This document shows, one piece after another, positions 55,790-64,000 of a DNA stretch of 64,000 bases. Origin of the DNA: Octopus sinensis (lineage: Eukaryota). The stretch lies in assembly GCF_006345805.1 (NCBI RefSeq), contig NC_043011.1, positions 61,826,464 to 61,890,463 on the forward strand, in the 5' to 3' direction. Positions within the stretch are counted from its first letter, which is position 1, and every line of letters begins with the position of its first letter. Below the pieces are notes generated by a model, which saw only the letters and a list, made by a program, of their open reading frames with translations, ran no database searches and was not told the origin of the DNA. The translations under genes were made by a program, and so were the position numbers.

Positions 55790-56196
55790 TCTTTTACTCT
55801 TTTACTCTTTTTCTTGTTTCAGTCATTTTGACTGCGGCCATGCTGGAGCACCGCCTTTAGTCGAGCAAATTGACCCCGGGACTTATTCTTTTGTAAGCCC
55901 AGTACTTATTCTATCGGTCTCTTTTGCCGAACCGCTAAGTAACGGGGACGTAAACACACCAGCATCGGTTGTCAAGCAATGCTAGGGGACAAACACACAC
56001 ACGCATATATATATACATATATATACATATATACGACGGGCTTCTTTCAGTTTCCGTCTACCAAATCCACTCACAAGGCTTTGGTCGGCCCGAGGCTATA
56101 GTAGAAGACACTTTCCCAAGGTGCCACGCAGTGGGACTGAACCCGGAACCATGTGGTTGGTAAGCAAGCTACTTACCACACAGCCACTCCTGCGCC
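55788..56196 (-). mobile_element. SINE family A, full length, young-looking
   Basis: Complete head, internal (AC)/(AT) tract and tail with GAGTAAAA repeats. Confidence 0.92.
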
Positions 56197-56396
56197 TATA
56201 TATATATATATATATATGCATACACACACATACATACATACACAAGCATATATGCATACATACATATATACAAGCATACACGTAGGCGCACCAGCGTACA
56301 CGAAGTCGAGATGATACATACAAAGCTTTGTTCTGAGTTTCAGCAAATTAAAGAAAGAATACACTTGATGCCGTTATCTCCTATGAAAACATAACC

Positions 56397-56521
56397 CCCA
56401 CCACCACCACCACCACCACCACCACCACCACCACCACCACCACCACCACTGCCACCACCACCACCACTGCCACCACCACCACCACCACCACCTACACCAC
56501 CACCACCACCACCACCACCAC
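56397..56521 (+). repeat. (CCA)n microsatellite
   Basis: Direct reading; this is the source of the poly-Gly ORF. Confidence 0.95.
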
Positions 56522-56714
56522 CTGTAACGTCTTTAAACGAAGCTATGAATAATTTTGATGACGTCATCTAACTGGACAACCGTATTTGTTATTATCACCT
56601 CGAAGGAGAGTTCTCTGGGAAAATGCATATTTGGCCCTCTGGAGAAGGGCTTATTGTGTAACTGGTAGCCCTTCCTTGTCTGTCCATATAAACGTATGAA
56701 TGTATGTATGTATT

Positions 56715-57100
56715 TTTTTACTTGTTGCAGTTATTTGACTGCGGCCATGCTGGAGCACCTCTTTAAAGAGTTTTAGTCGAAGACATCCACCTCAGGACTC
56801 GTTCTTTATAAGTCTAGTAGTTGTTCTATTGGTCTCTCTTGCTGAGCCGCTAAGTTACGAGGCCGTAAACATACCAACAGCGGTTGACAAGTGATGGTGG
56901 GGGACAAACACAGACACGAAAATAAACATCCATATATATATATACGGCGGGCTCCTTTCAGTTTCCGTCAACCAAATCCACTCACAAGGCTTTGGTCGGC
57001 TTAAGTAGAAGACACTTGCCCAAGGTGCCACGCAGTTAGACTGAACCCAGAACAATGTGGTTGGGAAGCAAGCTTCTTACCATACAGCCACGCCTGCGCC
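56715..57100 (-). mobile_element. SINE family A
   Basis: Tail to head, ending CAGCCACGCCTGCGCC on the plus strand. Confidence 0.85.
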
Positions 57101-57153
57101 TGTGGGTTTGTGTGTGTATATGTGTATGTGTGTGTGTACCCCCCTACAACACA

Positions 57154-57230
<77 letters not shown>

Positions 57231-57264
57231 GCTTTATTTTAAGCAGCAGAAAATTCAACAAAAT

Positions 57265-57302
57265 CTGTTACTCTGAGTTTCTCGTTGCCGTTCATCAGAC
57301 AG
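57265..57302 (-). ncRNA. Minimal hammerhead-like motif (HHR family 4)
   Basis: Identical to 58089-58126. Confidence 0.5.
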
Positions 57303-58088
57303 TTTTTGCTAGAATGGAACCGATATATCAATTCAATCTAGACTCTTACAAACGCTACACCTTTAAAAGAAATGGACTTGTTTGATTGGCCCTTTAAAAA
57401 AAACGGTCAATCTTCGAGCGATAAACAAAAAGGTCAAAAATATATGTATATTTATAAAAAAAGCTTATAAAAATTATAAAATCCGAGGAAAAAAACCTTA
57501 CATTGAATAAATACATATTGACATTAATGAAGAAAGTATAAATTAATTCATAGGAATTAAACCTGTTATAAATATTACACTGCAATACATATTTTTAGTA
57601 AAATGTGCATATATATATCAACATACACAAAAAGGATGCGCGCCAACGCCATGCATATACAGACGTATGAATATAAATCTAAATATACACATAAATGCAT
57701 GTGTACATATATTCACGCAAAACCATCTCGCACGCAAGTTAAAAATCATGTATGTAGCGATTCTCATATACTGAGTAAGGGGGGAGGGGACGAAAGAAAG
57801 GAAGAGAGAGAAAAAGGAACGAGGAGGGGGTGGGGAAAAAAAACGAAAAGAAAAATTATGTATACAATCCGTGTAACGGCGTTATTGGCATATATGGAGA
57901 CAAGTATACAAACAAGTTCGTATGGATACATACATACAGTCGTGTATATTTTTGACCTTTTTGTTTATCGCTCGAAGATTGACCGTTTTTTTCTAAAGGG
58001 CCAATCAAACAAGTCCATTTCTTTTTAAAGGTGTAGCGTTTGTAAGAGTCTAGATTGAATTGATATATCGGTTCCATTCTAGCAAAAA

Positions 58089-58126
58089 CTGTCTGATGAA
58101 CGGCAACGAGAAACTCAGAGTAACAG
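58089..58126 (+). ncRNA. Minimal hammerhead-like motif (HHR family 4)
   Basis: CUGU CUGAUGA A CG GCAA CG A GAAA CUC A GA GUA ACAG: perfect 4-bp helix I, near-palindromic helix III, 2-bp helix II. Confidence 0.5.
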
Positions 58127-58228
58127 ATTTTGTTGAATTTTCTGCTGCTTAAAATAAAGCATATTACTCTACCACTGGTATTTGAGTACTCTTTTTTCCA
58201 CCTTGTTTCACATTTATGTGTTTACTCC

Positions 58229-58265
<37 letters not shown>

Positions 58266-58674
58266 ATATGGGGTCTAAAGTTTCGAAATCGCTATCAATA
58301 ATATTCTTGGTTAAGAATTATATATGTAAGGGTAAAAAGGGCAAGGCGATTAAGGGACCCCTTCAGTTATGAATGTCCATGGGATTGCACCTAGAAAGTT
58401 CCCCACCGAGGCAGAAGTATGGGCAATGTTGTTTGTGGAAGGTCAGCAGTCGCCCATACGTATCAGCCTACTCTCTCCACGCCAATGATGATATCCAAGG
58501 GAAGGTAAAGGGGCCGATACAGCTTGGCACTAGTGACGTCACAACTGATTTCTACAGATGAGTGGAGTAATGTGAAATAAAGTGTCTTGCTCAAAAACAC
58601 AACACAGACCGTGTGTATGTGTCTGTGTGTCTGTCTGTGCATGCCTTCACTCTCTGCTTTTAGCCCTGAGCTTC

Positions 58675-58740
<66 letters not shown>

Positions 58741-58749
58741 TACTATTAC

Positions 58750-58791
<42 letters not shown>

Positions 58792-60919
58792 CATCATCAT
58801 CATTATCATCATTTCTAAATCTCTCCATGAGAGATATTCTGTAACAGTTCTTTAAAGTAGAGACTATTTGCCAACATAATGTGGCTGTCATGGAAGGAAC
58901 GATCGTTGATGTTGTTTAGCCCCAGGAAACATCGTTTCCAGTTCGCTATACGACACAATATCGGTGTCCTTATATTTTCGAACAGGGAGTGCAGCACTCC
59001 CATCCAGCACAAAACAACATCTGTGGACTGGATTCTGGGTTATTGATCTTCATCAACAGAGAGTAGCTGCTTGGCTAGGTGGCGTTGCTGAACTCACCGT
59101 TCGAAAATGTACAGTTTTCAAAGTGAAACACAGTTACTGTTCTAATAAAATAGAAATATTATTATTATTATTCTAAATCTCGCGATGAGAGATATTCAGT
59201 AACATTTCTTTAAAGTAAAGGCTATTTGCCAACATAATGTGGCTGTCCTGGAAAGGACGAAGTTACTGCTGTTTAGCTGTCCTGGCTTAATCCCTTTGTC
59301 TGCCCTTGTTTGTTCCCTCTATGTTTAGCCCTCTGTGGGCAATAAAGAAATAAATATTCTTTTGACCCATCGGTCTCAGTATTTTCAACTTTTACTGTAG
59401 GTAATTTCCTTTTTCTTATTTTGTTCTAGAATGTTCTGACTACCGTATCACGCCTCGTGGAAAGATAATACCTAGAAGACATCATCATCCACATTATTGC
59501 AGTTGGCAATAATGAGGATGATGTCTTCGGTTTTATTTTTGCTCAGCCTACATTTCTTATCTGTTAACACTTCTATCTTTTCTGCTGCAAGAACTCGGAG
59601 AATATCTCTTGTTCGTGAATGGCTTCGAAGCAGCCTTCAATGTCGGATTTCATACACTTGTCGGAATTTTATGCGCAGCCTTTCGTATAGTTAATTCCCT
59701 TTATGCCTTGTTACTTTCATGCCAAGCCCCAGGAACTGTCTTCTCAGGGAACAGGTCCAGTTTTTTTTTTCTTCTTTTGATGACTAAAATTGACCAATGC
59801 TCCTTGGGGAGATATCTGTATCAACTCTTATTTCATGCCTCTCCTGGCACTCGGGGCTGATTGGACTTATACGATTCCCATTCTGTCATTTCCGTTCTAT
59901 TAGTCACTCCTTCTCTCACCCCCCTTGCTGTGACCAACCCCGGCATCGGCACCGCTCTACTCCCTACACCCAATCCTTCTTTCCTTCCTATGACGTTGGT
60001 CTTCTGAAATTCCTTCCCAGCTCCTGTTTTGATTTGTAAAGGGGCGAGAGAAATAATAACAGCATCAGTCTCCAATTTCCTCGGTTTTAGAAGGGCCGAA
60101 AGTGTCATGGCCACAACACAATCCTCTAAACACAGTAAGTAAAAACAAGACATTGCTATGTCCATTTCTAAACTGACCGTTCTATTTCAATAACTGAATT
60201 GTGACTACAAATAGCATCTATCTTGAATAAACCACCTCCGCTACCCTCGACATCAATTGCTCCCATTACTACACAATTATATTCTTCTACTGGTATTGGT
60301 TTCAGATTTTGGCACTGGTCCAGCAATTTCAGTACTTATTTTATCGACCCCGAAAGGATGAAAGTCAAAGTCGATCTTGGCGGAATCTGAACTCAGAACG
60401 TGAAGATGGATGAAATACCGCCAAGCATTTTCCCCCGTCGTGCTAACGTTTTTGCCAGCTCATCGCCTTTTACTCTATTGATATTAAAGTTTAAAAAACT
60501 TAAGGCGGTGAACAGGCAGAATCGTTAGCATGCCGGGCTAAATGCTTAGCGCTATTTCGTCCGTCTTCACGTTTTGAGTTCTAATTGCGCTAAGGTCGAC
60601 TTTCGGGGTCGATGAAATAAGTACCAGTTGAGTACTGGGACCGATGTGATGGATTTACCATCACAGCCCCCGAAATTGCTGGCCTTATGCCAAAATTTGA
60701 AATCGATATCAAAGTTCAAAATAAGGTGGCCAACTGGCAGACTCATTACCACGATGGAGGAAATTCTTAACGACATTTGTTCCGAATCTCTACGTTCTAA
60801 ATTCTGGGGGGTCGATAAAATAGGTGGCTAGTTGCTAGTTTCGATACAGTCGATTTGCCCCTCCTCTCAAAATTGGTTTTGAAGCTAAATTAGAAAGAAC
60901 GTTTATTAAAGTAAAAAAT

Positions 60920-60957
60920 TGCACTGATGAAGTCAGTAAGATTGAAACACGTATGTG
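60920..60957 (+). ncRNA. Minimal type I hammerhead (HHR family 5)
   Basis: UGCA CUGAUGA AGUC aguaa GAUU GAAAC AC GUA UGUG. Confidence 0.6.
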
Positions 60958-61359
60958 ACTGGAATATTATTGATTAAGCACAAAATGGATTAACCGGTCT
61001 GTATTAGTTTGCTTTTTAGATTTAATTCGAAATTATATAAAGTAAAATAAATTTCTAGTATTAAAACGAGTTTGCTTCAGTTTATGAATATGAAACAAGA
61101 AAATGGTGAACCCGGATACAGAGAAGATAGATTACTTGGGTGGGGCTGCTGGGAATCATATTTTTTATTTCATCTGAAGTTCATTCCTTTGCACGTTCTA
61201 GGAATTACGTACATTAAAATAAACAAAAGGGTGTGTGTAATAGACGGAACCGGGACTCCACGAATAAGGTATGAGGACTGCTAAGATAAAAATCTATTAT
61301 GCATGTATGCATGCACGCGCGCACACACACACATTTATTTACACACACAGAATTGAGTC

Positions 61360-61930
61360 ACCCCAGAGGGCTCTCACTAAATAAATTGAAGGCATGGCTG
61401 ATCTCGATTATTGGGATCGCCTTAAAGCCTTGAAACTTTACTCTCTCCAGCGTCGCCGCGAGCGGTACATCATTTGTACGATGGAAAATATACCGCCAAC
61501 TTTGCCCAAACGACCTAAACATTAGCTTCAAGGTTCATCCAAGACTTGGACCACGGGCTATACGTCCCCTGCCAAATTCAAGATCACAACATACATGTAC
61601 ACTGCAACATAATTTCTTTTCCTCAACAGGCCCTGCCCTATTTAACATTGTCCCGAGGGAGATCAAAGAGGAAAAGGATCCCATCAACTTTAAACGGAGT
61701 CTGGATAGATTCCTTCAAAGAATACCAGACAAGCCACCCATAATTGGATACAACTCACCCAACAAGAACTCACTACTTGAACAAAACTGGATACAACTCA
61801 CCCAACAAGAACTCACTACTTGAACAAAACTTGACTTAAACAGGATTCGAATAATCCTATCAGGTGGTGCTATTAAGTTAGACATGGCCTGGACCAATCT
61901 CTGGTCGAAACATATCTAAGTTTATCTAAG
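61360..61930 (+). mobile_element. CR1-group LINE 3' end fragment with an internal 43-bp tandem duplication (61745-61830)
   Basis: YWDRLKALKLYSLQRRRERY motif. Tail GGTGGTGC...CATGGCC-hairpin-GAAAC is followed by (TATCTAAGTT)x2. Confidence 0.8.
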
Positions 61931-62325
61931 TTTATATACTTATGTATGTTTATCTATATATATGCCTTAAATAAAAATGTGTGTGTGTGTGTGTGCATGT
62001 AAGGTGTATATGTAATTATATATGCATGTATATTATATATGCAGCCATTTATTAAGGTTTATGATCTTATAGTTGACTCGTAGTTCAGTTTTTATGTCAC
62101 TTATGATGACTCCTCCAATTTCCATTTTATTAATTCTGATCGTACTTAAATAGAACAAAAAATATATATAATAAAAACGTAATACTGCTAAACAAAAAAC
62201 CTGTTTTTTCTAAAACGTTATTAACTCATTATTTCAAGAAACTATTGTTTATGAAGCTGTATATGGAATCTAGCTGGTATCGATTCTTGTTAGACGGAAG
62301 GAAAAGAAATTTGCTGGTGTGTTAA

Positions 62326-62560
62326 CCTATTCATGCCGATCATCTGTTTAAAGTGACAATTTATAAGGGTGTAAAACAAAATACTTGATACAAATTGTGT
62401 ATGATCTGCATTAAAGAATGAAACATGTTCTTAACGCGTGTGCACTCTGTATCAAACGGATTTCAATGAAATTTTTTAGGGTTCTTATTTAGCTCAAGAT
62501 AATAGCATCTGTGGATTTTCAGGTAATTTCATTCACTCGAAAAATTTCGGCACGAATGGG
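62326..62560. mobile_element. TTAA-target (piggyBac-like) MITE
   Basis: TTAA-CCTATTCATGCCGA...TCGGCACGAATGGG-TTAA. Confidence 0.7.
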
Positions 62561-62874
62561 TTAAATATTCTACAGAGTAAGGCAGTATTTGCAATGAAAT
62601 AACCAGCATCCAGCACAGAAAGGAAAGGTCTAATGTTTAACTCTTTAAACTGTCCGCATCCAACCTAAACATTCTACTTGTTTTACGTTCGCATTGGCCA
62701 GATCTGGCCTCATGCACCTGTCCGACACTGCCATTCTAAAAATGAACAGTCATATCGTTGAATTGCCGAAGCTACAAGATAATGCGTATTTAATCCAAGA
62801 TATGACATTTGAATGGATTATCTGAATTGCTAAACGGTTGGATTAATTTCAAAACTAAGTTCACTGAATTTTAT

Positions 62875-63186
62875 TACCGCTGTGTGGTAAGAAGTTTGCT
62901 TCCCAACCATATGGTTCCGGGTTCAGTCTCAATGCGTTGCACCTTTGGCGGGTGTCTTCTGCGTTGATGACACTCTGCTTTGAACAGACCAAAACCCTGC
63001 GAATAGATGTGGTAGACGGAAACTGAAAGAAGTCGTGTGTGTGTGTGTTTGTGTGTGTCACCACCGCTTGACAGCCAGTATTATTGTGTCGATCTCCTCG
63101 AAGCCTAGCGGTTCGATTAAACTTCTTCAAGGCGGTGCCCCAGCATGGCCGCAGTCTAAATATTGACTCAAGTAAAAGAAAATAAA
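62875..63186 (+). mobile_element. SINE family A, partly deleted
   Basis: GCTGTGTGGTAAG head through to the CCAGCATGGCCGCAGTC...GTAAAAG tail. Confidence 0.75.
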
Positions 63187-63377
63187 GGCGGCGTGACTAC
63201 ATTAGAAGCATGCCCTATTTCAGGGGCACATGTTCAGGAGAAATTTTTTCAGCGTGTAATAAAGGCTTAGCTTTGCATATAGGACCTAGACAAGAGTGTT
63301 AGACATTTTCTTTTTAAAGACATGCGTCTTACACGCCATCAAATTCATTATATATTAGTGTTTGGGTAAGATATTAA

Positions 63378-63999
63378 CCCTTCGTGGAACGTTGGGGTTG
63401 TAATTATGCAAAAGGCCATTGGGGCCCCGGGGGACCCTCTGTTATTTTTGCGCATTTCCACACTATCCATAAAGTAATATATGTTTACTCTTGTATGTAC
63501 GTATGTGTGAGTGCATGATACAGAACAAGAAATTTAGCCCTTTATAGGTATATATTGGTAATTATTAGCGTTTAATGGAGGGGAATTAAAATATAATTTA
63601 TTGACTGAAAAAATCTTTATTGAAAGAAATTAATTATTTTATAGTTTTATAAGCTATTATAATAAGAGATACATATAGCACTAAATATAAAATATAACAA
63701 AATTATTTAGTATATCGATTCATACCAGTACAAATACGAAGAAAATTGACTTATAATTCATCAGAATATCTGAAAAAAAGAACATAAAAAATAATTTCAC
63801 AGAAGGGCACTGGGTCCAGTTGAACTCCAAAGACCCTATTTTATGCTGTAACATCCAGATGACTGGAAATGTTTAACTCGAAATTTTGTATGTGCGTACA
63901 TAAACTATTGACAATAAAAGTCATGGGATATAAAATCATTTAGAGAAAAAAATTTAAAATTTGCTGAGATCCCAAGGGACCCCGCCGGCACACGAAGGG
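63378..63999. mobile_element. TTAA-target (piggyBac-like) non-autonomous element
   Basis: TTAA-CCCTTCGTG at 63374. The window ends CACGAAGGG-T, consistent with the right TIR and the start of TTAA. Confidence 0.65.
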
Positions 64000-64000
64000 T

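Larger units (their letters stand above)
57228..58163. repeat. Inverted repeat of about 217 bp (57228-57444 and 57945-58163) with a spacer of about 500 bp
   Basis: Arms are almost identical and each carries the same hammerhead-like motif. Confidence 0.9.

Overview
Eukaryotic, AT-rich DNA dominated by microsatellites and repeats. The SINE families look like those of Octopus (coleoid cephalopod); this is recognition from memory, not a database result. I find no intact protein-coding, tRNA, rRNA or CRISPR feature. Nearly all ORFs in the supplied track are translations of (AT)n, (AC)n, (ATAC)n, (AAT)n and similar repeats. Supported content: many tRNA-derived SINEs; a 5'-truncated, frameshifted CR1-group LINE of about 2.9 kb inserted inside a SINE, plus two more LINE 3' ends; DD37D (maT), Tc1 and R4/Dong relics; TA- and TTAA-target MITEs; several long inverted repeats; and a 100-N gap flanked by a probable false duplication. 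The most interesting signal is that about six unrelated repeat families carry minimal type I hammerhead ribozyme (HHR) motifs of the kind known from Penelope-like elements (PLEs). One has an apparent compensatory G3:C8 core swap, one has a consistent U4C change, and several occur as inverted pairs or as fold-back elements holding only the 3' half of the ribozyme. Repeat boundaries are approximate (about +/-20 nt); HHR coordinates were read base by base. All folds and alignments were done by eye.
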